Source: Eledone cirrhosa
Lineage: Eukaryota
Direction of reading: 5' to 3'
Length of the DNA stretch: 64,000 nt
Assembly (NCBI GenBank): GCA_964016885.1
Contig: OZ024741.1
Location: 158,286,001 to 158,350,000, forward strand
How positions within the stretch are numbered: the first letter of the stretch is position 1; every line of letters begins with the position of its first letter. Positions 1 to 12,910 of the stretch are shown one piece after another. The position numbers were made by a program, and so were the translations under genes. The notes beneath the pieces are model-generated. The model did not search any database and had not been told where the DNA came from. It worked only from the letters and a program-made list of their open reading frames with translations.

Positions 1-854
1 AATGACAAAAAGAAAAGTACAAAACTATACATGAAGTGTTTCTACTAAACCTTCAATTTAAGAAGACACAACCTACATATTTGATAGGACTCCAGCTCAT
101 TTCTTCTTCTTTTACTCCCCCTGGAACATTGGGCTGCGAGCCACCCCACACAACACCATGTTCTGAGTCTGCTTTTCAACTCCACCGTGATGCATGGTGT
201 ATCTAACCATTTTTTTAGGTCTTACTACGGTTGATTTCTTCCAGAGAGAAAGAAAGATATGGAAAAAGGCAGAGAAGATTCATCCCCGGTGGAATAATAA
301 AAAATGTTTACACTGCACATTTCATTTTTTCAAAGCTAAAGCTACCGATCCAAAATCAGTAATTCAACTCCCTGAAAACTTTCTAATATATGCTGTTCTA
401 GCATGAATATTATGCTAAGGATAAGCTGTCCACAAAGTAAGATTTACTTGCATATCCCCGCTCATATAAACATAAATACATGCATACATACATTACAGTT
501 GATATTTTTTTTTTATTAAAGCGTTTTCATATTATATATATATATAGTGACGAAACATAAGGCAATTGCATGAACTCATAATCCTTTATTTACTGTAAGA
601 CAAAAGTATTAGAACAGGGGGAAATAACTCACCGAATGCGGTAGTTTTGGGGCCCCAGGGACCACATTTTTCAAGTTAGAGATTTGAAACCTAGTCTATT
701 TGCTTCCTTGGCACTTTTTACATAGGTGTGTAAATTTTCATGTCAGTCCGACGACGTCTACTACCATTTAACCGGGCACATCTGAATTTCAACCACCGCC
801 CATTTCACAAATATATATTAGATTTATGATTCTTAATATAATTGCATTACTGAG

Positions 855-970
855 TAAAGGTGTATAGCTCAGTTGTTCAGTGTTTGATTCACAATTATAA
901 GATCTTGGATTTGATTCCTGGACCGGGTAATGGATTATATTCTTGAACTAGATGCTTCATTTCATGTTTC
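855..970 (+). mobile_element. Degenerate tRNA-derived SINE head (family B-like)
   Basis: A-box-like tagctcagttgtt and B-box-like gatttgattcct, followed by tcttgaactagatgcttcatttcatg, which resembles the family-B core seen at ~18000 and ~33300. Confidence 0.5.
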
Positions 971-1106
971 TTTTTTTGATAAGAATGCCTCCTCCTCGTT
1001 AAAACATCCAAGAAACCCCCTACGAAATGCAATCTCAGAAGAGACCAGTTACCTGCATGGGTGGGAGCTGTAAATCTCAAATTTGTAAAAAATCTTTTTC
1101 ATTTCT

Positions 1107-1770
1107 AATCATCATCATTGTTTAACATCTATCATCCACGCTCGCATGGGTAGGATGGGTTGACCCTTAGGGAGAGAATCAGGTCAGAGGACAATTTTTA
1201 GCTCACCTGAGGCAGATTTTGGCTTGGTTTCTACAGCTGGATGCTCTTCCTGACGTCAACCACATTCACAGTATGCGTTGGGTGCTTTTTGTCATGTCAC
1301 CTACATGACCACATTACAGTGTGCACTGGGCACTCTTTGTTGTGTCGCCGACAGGACCACGTCACAGTGTGCACTGGGCACTTTTGTCTTGGGACTAGGG
1401 AGGAAGCTTGGAGAAATTGCAGACGTAGGTAATAGAGGAGGGATGGTTATTGCAAAGGGAGGTGTATGGGACGGCAGGTGTTGCCTATTAGATATATGCC
1501 TCAGCTCAAGCATATAGGAAGGTGGGTCTTCTGTAGTACTGCATAGCACCAGAGGTTGCAGTCATGTGTCATTGGGTGTGGTGTAATTGTACAAGGTCAG
1601 CTTACCTCATCCCAAGTCTTCCTAGGCCTGCCCACTCCACAGCTACCGTCAACTTTGAGTGCTCTGCACCTTTTATATACAACTGTCATCCTCCATACGC
1701 ATCACATATCCATACCAATACAATTTCCTCTCCTGCACACAACAACTGATCCTCTGAACCCCTTGCATTT
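1107..1770 (-). mobile_element. RTE LINE 3' fragment (ORF C-terminus, 3'UTR and (GAT)n tail)
   Basis: Minus strand encodes a degenerate GRPRKTWDE motif; the UTR block ggcttggtttctacagctggatg and the atcatcatc tail are shared with other RTE copies in the window. Confidence 0.75.
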
Positions 1771-2217
1771 TATCAAGACAAATATGTAATTACAGGTGAA
1801 CAATTGTCATTAGAGTGTGAGACAAAATGCCTTGTGGTTTTTGTCCTAACTTCCTGCTCTCTGATAGAGTTGTTAGAACATTAGACCAAATACATGGCCT
1901 AGTGATTAGGATGTTAAACTCACTAGCAAATGTCTGTGTGTTCAATTCCAGGATTGTGCATTTTGTTCTTGAGCAAGACATCATTTCATGCTGGTTTTCA
2001 TGATAGGATTAATGCCTCTATCAATAAAACACCACAGAAACCTTGTATGAAGCCAGCTAAACCTGTATAGGTATTAGCTGTAATTTTTTCTTATCTCAAA
2101 AGGCCTTCCAGTGGTTGTTCTGGTTTTTATATTTTCAATTTGCTTATGACACTGGTGCTAAGCTGTATCAGTCTTGGACAACTTTGATGGTGTGAAGAGG
2201 AGAAATACTAATCATTC

Positions 2218-2390
2218 ATATCATCACCATCATGTAATGTCCATTTTCCACTCTAGCAGAGGGTAGACATATTGTCCCATTGTGAGACAAGCCAGGTCAT
2301 GTCTTGCTCATACAGAACTAATTTCGGCTTGGTTTCTACAGCTGGATGCCCTTCCTAATTCCAACCACTTTTAAAGTGTGTAGAGGTGCT
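2218..2390 (-). mobile_element. RTE 3'UTR fragment abutting the satellite
   Basis: ggcttggtttctacagctggatgcccttcctaattccaaccac matches the RTE UTR at 27740-27790. Confidence 0.7.
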
Positions 2391-5300
2391 AGAAATAGCA
2401 GCTACATCATCTAAACAAGCTGAACCTCATAGTATTTGATAGGTGTGCTAGAAATAGCAGCTAAATAAGGCAAACCAAATGGTGGTCTATAGCTGTGCTA
2501 GAAATAGCAGCTACATCGACTAAACCTCATGGTGGCCCATAGCAGCTAAATAGGGGAACATCACAGTGGACCATATGTGTGCTAGGAATAACAGCTAAAT
2601 AGGGGGAACCATATGGTGGTCTATAGGTGTACTAGAAATAGCTACATCAGCTAAAAAGGGAACATCATAGTGGTCCATACGTATGCTAGAAATAGCGGCT
2701 AAATAGGGGAACATCATAGTGGTCCATATGTGTGCTAGGAATAACAGTTAAATAGGGCGAACCTTATGGTGGTTTATAGGTGTGCGAGAAATAGCAGCTA
2801 AATAGGGAAACTCATGGTGGTCCATAGGTGTGCTAGAAATAGCTGCTAAATAGGAGGGACTTCATCGTTGTCAATATGAGTGCTAGGTATAGTGGGTAAA
2901 TAGGGGAACCTCATGGTGGTACATAGGTCTGTTAGAAATAGCAGCTACATTACCTAAACAGGGGGAACCTCATGCTCAAGTGTGCTAGAAATAGTAGCTT
3001 TTATAGCGGAACCTCATGGTGGTCCGTATGTGTGCTAGAAATAGTAGCTACATTAGTTAAAGAGGGTAAACTCAATGATGGTCCACAGGTGTGCTAGAAA
3101 TAGCAACTAAATAGGAGGAACCTCATGGTAGACATTAAGTCTGCTAGAAATATCAGCTTAATAGGGGGGAAACTTATGGGTGTCCATAGACGTTCTAGAA
3201 GTAGCAGCGACATAAGTTATGGTTCATAAGTGCGCTATAAAGAGCAGCTAAATAGGGGCAACATTGTTGTGGTCCATAGGTGTGCTAGAAATAGCAGCTA
3301 ATTAGGGGAAACCTCATGGTGGTCCACAGATGTGCTAGAAATAACAGCTAAATAGGAAACCTCATGGTGGTCCATAGGTGGGCTGGGTATTGCAGCTAAA
3401 TAAGGGAAACCTCATGGTGGTATATAGGTCTGCTAGAAATAGCAGCTACATGACCTAAACAAGGGAACTTTATGCTCAACCATAGGTGTGGTAGAAATAG
3501 CAGTTTTTATAGCGAAACCTCATGGTGTCCGCATGTGTGCTAGAAATAGCAGCTATATCAGCTAAACAAGGAGAAACTTGTGGTGGTCCATAGCTGTGTT
3601 AGAAATAACAGCTAATTAGGGGGAACACTCATGGTGATCCGCAGGGGTGCTAGAAATAGCAGCTAAATAGGGGAATCACATGGTAGTCCATAGATCTGCT
3701 AGAAATAGCAGCTAAACATGGGGAACTCATGGTGGTCTATGAGTGTGCTAGAAGTAGCAGCTAAATGGGGAGGACCTCATGGTGATCCGCAGGTGTGCTT
3801 GAAATAGCAGCTAAATATAGGAACCACATGGTGGTCCATAGATCTGCTAGAAATATCAGCTAAACAGGAGGAATTTCATGCTGGTCCATAGGGGTGCTAG
3901 AAATAGCAGCTAAATGGGGAGGGGGGGCTCGTAAAGGTCCATAGGTGTGCTAGAAAAAGCTTCTAAATAGAGGAAACATTATGGTGGTCCATAGGTGTGC
4001 TAGGAATAAAGGCTAAATAGGGGGAATATCATTGCGGTCGAGGGGTGTACTAGGAACAGCAGCTGAATGAGGAAAATTCATGGTGGTCCATAGGGGTGCT
4101 ATAAATAGCAGCTTAATACGGGGGAATCATAGTGGTCCATATGTGTGCTAGAAATAGCAACTAAATAGGGGGAAACCTCGTGGTGATACGCATGTGTGCT
4201 AGAAATAGCAGCTGAATAGGGGAACCACTTGGTGGTCCATAGATCTGCTAGAAATAGCAGCTACCTTAGCTAAACAAGAGGAACCTCATGCTGGTCCGTC
4301 AGGGTGCTAGAAAGAACAGCAAAATCGGGGCAACCTTATTGTGGTCTATAGGTCTGCTAGTAATAGCAACTAAATAGGGGGAACATCATAGTGGTCTATA
4401 GATGTGCTAGAAATATTAGCTAAATAGGTGGAACCTCATGGTGCTCCATAGGTGTGCTGGGAATTGCAGCTAAATAGGGGGAACCTCATGATGGTCCATA
4501 GGTCGATCGTCATGGTTGTCTAAAGGTGTGCTAGAAATAGCAGCTAAATAGGGGGAACCACATAGTGGTCTATATTTCAGCTAAAAATAGAAACTGCGTC
4601 AGCTAAACAGGGGGAACCTCATGGTGGTTCTCAGATGTGTATGAAATAGCAGCTAAATAGGAAACCTCATGGTGGTACATAAGTCTGCTAGAAATAGCTG
4701 CTCAATAGGAGGAACTTTATGGTGGTCGATAGGTGTGTTAGGTATAGCAGCTACATAAGCTAAACAGGGGGAAACAATTGGTGGTCCATATGTGTGCTAG
4801 AAATAGCAGCTAATAGGAGGAGCCTCATGGTGGACAATAAGAGTGCTAGAAATAGCAGCTTCATAGGGGAACCACATGGTGGTCCATGGGCGTTCTGGAA
4901 GTATCATCTACATTAGTTATACAAGGAAACTTCATGGTGGTTCATAAGTGTGCTATAAAGAGCAGCTAATATAGGGGTAACCTTATTGTGGGCCATAGGT
5001 GTTTTACAAATAGCAGCTAACTAGGAGAAACCTCATGCTGGTCAATAGATGTGCTAGAAATAGCAGCTAAATAGGGGGGAACCTCATAGTGGTACATACG
5101 TGTGCTAGAAATAGCAGCTAAATAGAGGAAGCCTCATAGTGATCTATATTTCAGCTAGAAATAGCAGCTACATTAGCTAAACAGGGGTACCTCATAGTAG
5201 TCCATAGGTATGCTAGGAAAAGCAGCTAAATAAGGGAAACCTCATAGTGGTCAATAGATCTGATAGAAATATTATCTAAATAGGTGGAACCTCATGGTGC

Positions 5301-8300
5301 TCCATAGGTGTGCTATGAATTGAAGCTAAATAGGTGGAACCTCATGATGGTCCATAGACGTTCTAGACGTGGCAGCTACAGTAACTAAACAGGGGCACAC
5401 TCATGGTTGTCCACAGGGGTGCTAGAAATAGCAGCTAAATAGGAGAAACCACATGGTGGTCCATAGGGGTGCTAGAAATAGCAGCTAAATAGGGGGAATC
5501 TCATAGTGGTCCATAGATCTTCTAGAAATAGCAGCGACATCAGCTAAATAGAGGATACCTCTTTGTGGTCCATAATGTCTAGAACTATAAGCTAAAGAGG
5601 ATGAAATACATGGTGGTCTATAAGTATACTAGAAATAACAGCTACATGGCCTAAACAGGGGAAACCTCATGGTGGTCGATAGCTGTGCTAGAAATAGCAG
5701 CTAAAAAGGAGGAGCCTCATGGAGGTCCATAGGTGTGCGAGAAAAGGCTTCTAAATTGGGGAAACATCATGGTGGTCCATAGGAGTGCTAGAAATAACAG
5801 CTAAATAAAGGGAACATCATTGTGGTGCATGGGTGTGCTAGAAATAGCAGTTGAATGGAGAAAACTCATGGTCGTCCATAGGCGTGCTAGAAATAGCAGC
5901 TAAATAGGAAACATCATGGTGGTACATAGGTCTGCTAGAAATAGCTGCTCAATAGGAGGAACTTTATGGTGGTCGATAGGTGTGTTAGGTATAGCAGCTA
6001 CATAAGCTAAACAGGTGGTACCTCATGGTGGTCCATAGGTGTGCTAGAATAGCAGCTACATCACCTAAACAGGGGAAACAATTGGTGGTCCATAGGTGTG
6101 CTAGAAATAGCAGCTAATAGGAGGAGCCTCATGGTGGACAATAAGAGTGCTAGAAATAGCAGCTTCATAGGGGAACCACATGGGCGTTCTGGAAGTAGCA
6201 TGTACATTAGTTATACAGGGAAACTTCATGGTGGTTCATAAGTGTGCTATAAAGAGCAGCTAATATAGGGGCAACCTTATTGTGGTCCATAGGTGTTCTA
6301 CAAATAGCAGCTAACTAGGAGAAACCTCATGCTGGCCAATAGATGTGCTAGAAATAGCAGCTAAATAGGGGGAACCTCATAGTGGTTCATACGTGTGCTA
6401 AAAATAGTCGCTAAATAGAGGGAGCGTCATAGTGATCTATATTTCAGCTAGACATAGCAGCTACATTAGCTAAACAGGGGTACCTCATGGTGGTCCATAG
6501 GTGTGCTAGGAAAAGCAGCTAAATCGGGGCAACCTCATTGTGGTCAATAGATTTCTTAAAAATAGCAACTAAATAGGGGAAACCTCATAGTGGTCAATAG
6601 ATCTGATAGAAATATTATCTAAATAGGTGGAACCTCATGGTGCTCCATAGGTGTGCTATGAATTGAAGCTAAATAGGGAGAACCTCATGATGGTCCGTAG
6701 GCGTTCTAGATGTGGCAGCTACAGTAACTAAACAGGGGCACACTCATGGTTGTCCACGGGTGTGCTAGAAATAGCAGCTAAATAGGAGGACACTCACGGG
6801 GGACAATAAGTGTACTAGAAATAGCAGTTTCATAGGGGTGAAAATCTTGGGTGTCCATAGGTATTCTAGAAGTAGCAGCTACATTAGATATACAGGGAAA
6901 CTTCATGGTGGTTCATAAAGAGCAGCTAAATAGGGGCAACCTTGTTGTGGTCCATAGGTGTTCTACAAATAGCAGCTAAATAGGAGAAACCACATGGTGG
7001 TCCTTAGGAGTGCTAGAAATAGCAGCTAAATAGGGGGAACCTCATAGTGGTCCATAGATCTGCTAGAAATAGCAGCAACATCAGCTAAATTGAGGATACC
7101 TCTTTGTGGTCCATAATGTCTAGAACTATAAGCTAAATAGGATGAAATACATGGCGGTCTATAAGTATACTAGAAATAACAGCTACATGGCCTAAACAGG
7201 GGAAACCTCATGGTGGTCGAAAGGTGTGCTAGAAACAGCAGTTGAAGGGGGAAAACTCATGGTCGTCCATAGGCGTGCTAGAAATAGCAGCTAAATAGGG
7301 GGAACCTCATGGAGGTCCATATATGTGCTAGAAATAGCAGCTACCTCAGCTAAACAGGAGGAACCTCATGCTAGTCAATAGGGGTGCTAGAAAGAGCAGC
7401 TAAATCGGGTCAGCCTTATTGTGGTCTATAGATCTGCTAGAAATAAAAACTAAATAGGGGGAACATCATAGTGGTCAATAGACGTGCTAGAAATATTAGC
7501 TAAATAGGTGGAACCTCATGGTGTTCCATAGGTGTGCTAGGAATTGCAGCTAAATAGGGGAAACCTCATGATGGTCCATAGGTGTGCTAGAAGTGGCAGC
7601 AACATTAGATAAATAGGGGAAACCTCATTGTTGTCCTTATTTGTGCTAGAAATAGCAACTAGATAGGTCAACCCTCATGGTCGTCCATTGATCTGCTAGA
7701 AATAGCAGCTACATCAGCTAAACAAGGGGAACCTCATGCTGTCCCATACGTGTGCTAGAAATAGCAGCTAAATAGGGGGAACTTCATTGTGGTCTATAGG
7801 TGTGCTAGAAATAGCAGGTACATCAGTTAAATAAAAGAAACCTTGTGGTGGTCTTTAGGTTTGCTAGAAATAGCAACTAAATAGGTGAACCCTCATAGTG
7901 GTTGACAGATGTGCTAGAAATAGCTGCTAAATAGGGGAACCTCATGCTGTTCCGTAGGTGTGCTAGAAATAGCAGCTAAATTGGAGCAACCTCATAGTAG
8001 TCCATATAATCTGCTAAACATAGCAACTGCAGGAGCTAAACAGGAGGAACCTCATGCTAGTCAATAGGGGTGCTAGAAAGAGCAGCTAATTATAGGTGTG
8101 CTAAAAATAGCAACTAAATAGGGGGAACCTCATAGTGGTCAATAGATGTGCTAGAAATATTAGCTAATAGGTGTAACCTCGTGGTGCTCCATAGGTGTGC
8201 TAGGAATTGCAGCTAAATAGGGGGAACCCCATGATGGTCCATAAGAGTTCTAGAAATAGCAACTAAATAGTCGACTCTCATGATAGGTGTGTTAGAAATA

Positions 8301-9356
8301 GCAGCTAAATAAGAAACCTTATGGTGGTCCATAGGCGAGGCTAGAAATAGCGACTAAATAAGATGAACTTCATGGTGGTCCATATGTGTGTTAGAAATAG
8401 CAAACAAATTGGGAAAACCTCATGGTGGTACATAGGTCTGCTAGAAAGAGTAGCTACATCACCTGAACAGGAGGAACATCATCCTCAACCATAGGTGTGC
8501 TAGAAATAGCCGCTTTCATAGCGGAACCTCGTGGTGGTCTATAGGTATGCTAGAAATAGCAGCTACATCAGCTAAACAGGGGAAACACATGGTGGTCCAT
8601 AGGTGAGTTAGAAATAGCAGCTAAATAGGAGGGAACTCATGGTGGTCCATAGGTGTGCTACAAATAGCAGCTACATTAGTTATACAGGGAAACTTCATGG
8701 TCGTTCAAGCAGCTAAATAGGGGCAACCTTATTGTGATCCAAAGGGGTGCTAGAAATAGCAGCTAAATAAGGGGAACCTCATGGTGGTCTTTAGGTGTGC
8801 CAGAAATAGCAACCACATCAACTAAACTGGGGACACCTATTGGTGGTCCATAAATGTCTAGAAATAGAAGCTAAATAGGATGAACCTCATGGTGTTCTAT
8901 AAGTGTGCTAGAAATAGCAGCTAAATGGAGGGATCTCATCATGGTCCATAGGTATGCTAAGAATAGCAGCTAAATACGTGGAACATCATTGCGGTCCATG
9001 GATGTGCTAGAAGCAGCAGCTGAATGGGGAAAACTCATGATGGTCCATAGGCATACTAGAAATAACAGCTTAATAGGGGAACCTAATGGTGGTCCATAGG
9101 TGTACTAGAAATAGCAGCTAAATAGGGGAAAACTCATGGTGGACAATAGGTATGCTAAAAGTAGCAGCTACATCAGCTAAACAGAACATGATGGTGGTCC
9201 ATAGGTGTGCTAGAAATAGCAGCTAGATAGGGGAACTCATGGTGGTTTATAGGTGTGCTAGAAATAGCATCTACAATAGCTGAACTTCATGGTGGTCCAT
9301 AGTGTTGCTAGAAATAGCAGCTAAATCGAGCGAACCTCATGGTGGTCCATAGGTGT
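2385..9356. repeat. ~7-kb satellite array of ~49-50-bp monomers plus a ~60-bp variant
   Basis: Consensus ATAGGTGTGCTAGAAATAGCAGCTAAATAGGGGAACCTCATGGTGGTCC repeated roughly 130-140 times; the variant inserts ~ACATCAGCTA; no ORF of 60 aa or more in any frame. Confidence 0.97.
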
Positions 9357-9359
9357 ACT

Positions 9360-9530
9360 CTTTGGAATAAACAACATTATGCCTGAGTCTAAACAACATA
9401 AGTCCTGCTTCTAATCTGCATCTGGTCTGGGACTAAACAAAATTAATCCTTTGGCTAAACATCAGCTCTGTGACTAAACATCTATGCTGGGTCTAAACAA
9501 CATCTGTCCTGGGGCTAAATAACATCAGTT
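9360..9530. repeat. Degenerate ~22-24-bp minisatellite with CTAAACAACAT core
   Basis: Repeated ctaaacaacat / ctaaacatc units directly after the large satellite. Confidence 0.6.
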
Positions 9531-9534
9531 GTGG

Positions 9535-9932
9535 GGTGGTGGATTGGCATATTGGTAGAGCATCATACACCATACTTTGCAGCATATAGTTACGGATCTT
9601 TATGGTTTAAGTTCAAATCACGCCGACGTTTGCTTTGCCTTTCATACTTACGAGGTCAATAGAATAAAGTACCTGTAATGCACTGGGGTTGATATAATCG
9701 ACTTCCTTCTCCCCTCAAATTGCTCACCTTGCACCTATAGTAGGAATTGGCAGTATCGGTAGAGCGTCAGACACAATGCTTTGCAGCGTAGAGTTACAGC
9801 CCTTTTACAATGTGAGTTCAAATCCCGCAGAGGTTAACTTTGCCTTTCATCCTTACGGGGTCGATAAAATAAAGTACCAGTAATGCACTAGGTAATTGCT
9901 GGCCTTGTTCCAAAAGTAGAAACAATTATTAT
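9535..9932 (+). mobile_element. Two tandem tRNA-derived SINEs (family A)
   Basis: A box tggcagtatcgg, B box gagttcaaatccc, core gcctttcatccttacggggtcgataaaataaagtaccag and tail ccttgttccaaaagtagaaacaattattatt. Confidence 0.9.
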
Positions 9933-10079
9933 TTTGTCCTTATATTTTGTTAAATGTTCTTGTCTTGTCGCTTTGATATTTGATTTAAATTTTAAATTTA
10001 GAAACCGTTTTCAAGTGTTGTGTTTTGACGTCTGCTGTAGTATCAATGAGAAGCAAGTGGATGAATGTACTGAAAATAA

Positions 10080-10255
10080 TTGTTTCTACTTTTGGCACAA
10101 GGCCAGCAATTACCCAGTGTATTACTGGTACTTTATTTTATCGACCCCGTAAGGATGAAAGGCAAAGTTAACCTCGGCGGGATTTGAACTAAGACCGTAA
10201 AGAGACGTAACTATGCTGGAAAACATGGCGACCGACTCTCTACTGATACTGCCAA
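10080..10255 (-). mobile_element. SINE family A
   Basis: Reverse complement of the family-A consensus; aaaataat flanks both ends as a probable TSD. Confidence 0.9.
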
Positions 10256-10639
10256 AAAATAATGTTAACACAATTGGTAGAATATTACTGACAGCAGTCA
10301 AAATGAGAAGTCTTCTGTTATGTCTCTTTCCCCTTTTCTAATAAACAATCAACTACCATTTTTTCTTCCTTCTTTATGCCTTTGTGTCTCTTTAATGTTG
10401 CTGTTTGTGTTACTTTTTGGCTCTGTTAGGATATATTTACACTTTTATTTACTTTACAACAGCAATGATGGGAGATCAATCTTTTTTTTTTTTATGACAA
10501 CTCTCTAATGTGAGAGAGCTACAGCAAGTCTTTATGGAAAAGATATAGTAAGAGGGTGTTTATAGGTGAGATAGCTGTAAAAAGTCTTTATGGAAAGGAC
10601 ATGGTGTGAAAGCTTTTTAAAATCTTGAATGGTAATATG

Positions 10640-10673
10640 TGTGCATGTGTGTGTGTATGTATATGTATATATG

Positions 10674-10710
<37 letters not shown>

Positions 10711-10740
10711 TAAATATATATATACAAATTTATATATTTA
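10640..10740. repeat. (TG)n/(TA)n microsatellite
   Basis: Direct observation. Confidence 0.95.
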
Positions 10741-10899
10741 TTTTGTCAATACTGATTAATTATTTTTGTATATTTATTTTGTCATATTATTTTTGTCATA
10801 TTGCTTAAGTAAATAGTTATTTAGAATATTTTAATCATAACACATGTAGTCTTTAGCCAAAAAAGCGTCTCAATTATCGCAGACATTTTTCCTACCCAC

Positions 10900-11190
10900 C
10901 TTATGCACACTCCTCCACACCCATGGAGGAAACCATCTTCTAATCCTAATAACCCCCTTCCTCAAAAGAACACTATTGCTAATTTAGCAACCACTAACAC
11001 ATGCAAATAGCATTGACCAATAACTAATATCAATAATGAACAAGGTCCTGATGCAAACGCCAAATCTGGCACCAATAACTGGCGCAAAGATATTGCCCAC
11101 CACCAGGGAAAAGCTGCATGACCCACTCGTGACTTCAGAGTGGCAACCATCAACGTAGGGATGATGAAAGGTAGATCAAGTGAGATTGTG
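10900..11190 (+). mobile_element. RTE 5' fragment with the start of the APE endonuclease
   Basis: 11133-11190 translates FRVATINVGMMKGRSSEIV, matching FRVGTMNVGTLKGRSNEVV of the RTE at ~61000. Confidence 0.7.
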
Positions 11191-12350
11191 TGTGTTCCTG
11201 CTGTTAGCCAGGCACCCATACTGCGGACCCGCACCTATCCTTCCTCATAGCGACATCATCCAGTATCAGGACCCTCGCCTATGGTTAGTTACACTGTGTG
11301 GTGGGTTCGGCGCGACCGCTGGTCTGTCTCTCCTCATGGTGGTGCCATCTGATGCTGAGTCACGAAACAATAGCTACACTGTGAGTTGGGTTAGGCTCTT
11401 TTATTGATGCTATCCTGTACTGGACTCCAACTGGCCTCTTTGGATAGTGGTACCATCCAACGTCAGCTACCTCCAAAAGGTGGTTTTGTGAAGGATCCGT
11501 TGCGTGGAGAGTAACAGGCCCTGAAACTGGAGTGTGACAGTGGGAGGGGGTCGGCGCAGCCAAATTGGCCTGTCTTTCCCCATAGTGGTATCACCTCATT
11601 TTGATGTCATCCAGTGCCGGGCTCCAAGTGAGATGGGTTTGGCTCCTCATTTTGGTGCCATCCAGTACTAGGCTCCAAGTGGCCTTTTACATAGTGGTGC
11701 CATCTAAACCCCCCCCCCCCCCCCACACCAAAAAAAGGTGGTTTGTACTAAGAAGGGTTTTTGTGTGGTGAGTACCAGGCCTCGAAACTGGGGTGCCACT
11801 GGGGGGGGGGGGGGGGGGCGTGACCAATTCAGCCTGTCTCTTCTCTTAGTGGTGTCATCCAGTGCCAGGCTACGAAATCGTGGTTCCACTGTGAGACGGG
11901 TTCAGCATCGCCAACTGCTTGTCTCTCCTCATTGTGGAGTCACACGCATCCAATACCTGAACTAAGGATCTACTGTGTGAAGGGTTTGGTATGGCCAACT
12001 GGCTTGTCCCACCTCATAGCGGTGCCATCCAGTCCCAGACTGCCAGAGTCCGGTTTCGTATTGAGAGGTGTCCGTTGCGTGGAGAGTGCCCAGCTTTGAA
12101 ACTGGGGTGTCGTTGTGAGAAGAGTTTGGCGCAGCCAACAGGCCTGTCCCTCCTCATAATAACATCACTGGTCCCTCCACATAGTGGTACCATCCAATGT
12201 CAGGCTCCCAAACTGTGGTTCCACACAGCGGTGTCGTCTAGTACTGGGCCCCAAAACTGTGGTTGCGCTGTGAGGTGGATTGGGTTCTGAAAACATGGTT
12301 CCGTCATGAGACTGGTTTGGCACAGCCAACTGACCTGTCCCTCCTCATAA
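11190..12350. repeat. GC-rich mosaic minisatellite of shuffled short modules
   Basis: Recurrent ggtgccatccagt, gccaactggcctgtc(t/c)ctcctcat and ctgaaactgg modules; poly-C near 11710 and poly-G near 11805. Confidence 0.7.
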
Positions 12351-12359
12351 CGGAGACAT

Positions 12360-12555
12360 CCAGTTCCACACTGTGGTTGGTGTTAGGAAGGGCATCCAGC
12401 TGCAAAATACCCAGTCAAATTTACAGTCCTCGCTGGAGCATGGTGCGACCAACATGACCAACCCTGGCCAGACTTGCCTCCTGACGTGGACGACCCATCT
12501 AACCCATGCAAATGTGGAAAAATTGATGTTAAATGGAAATGATGATGATGATGAC
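12360..12555 (+). mobile_element. RTE 3'UTR and (GAT)n tail
   Basis: ggttggtgttaggaagggcatccagctg ... aacccatgc ... gatgatgatgatga. Confidence 0.8.
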
Positions 12556-12910
12556 TGGGTGCTTTTTGTCATGACACCTACACAACCACTTTACAGTGTG
12601 AACTGGGCACTTTTTGTTATATCACCAACACAACTACTATACAATGTGGACTGGAGACTTGGGAATGGGAGGTAGATCTAGGAACATGGGTGAGGGATAG
12701 GGTATTAGGACGTAGGAGGTGTATGGAATGGGGGGGGAGGTGCTTACTAGATGTATGCTTTAACCCATGTGCATGGGAAGGTGGGTCTTCTGTATTACTG
12801 CATAACGCGAGGGATCTCAGTTATGTGTCATTACCTTTGAGAGGTGCAATTGTGCAAGATAAGCTTTTATCACCTCATTCAAAGTCTTCCTAGGTCTTCC
12901 TACTCTTACT
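12556..12910 (-). mobile_element. RTE 3' fragment
   Basis: Similar to 1380-1640 and 27800-28060; minus-strand GRPRKT-like motif. Confidence 0.7.

Noticed and set aside
194-406. 70-aa ORF with an internal ttccag acceptor-like site
   Set aside because: No recognisable domain or matching donor; insufficient support
640-810. Possible DNA-transposon or MITE remnant
   Set aside because: Composition is suggestive, but no TIR pair or TSD could be identified
2385-9356. CRISPR-like array (conserved core with variable intervals)
   Set aside because: The intervals are homologous to each other rather than unique spacers; no cas genes; eukaryotic context
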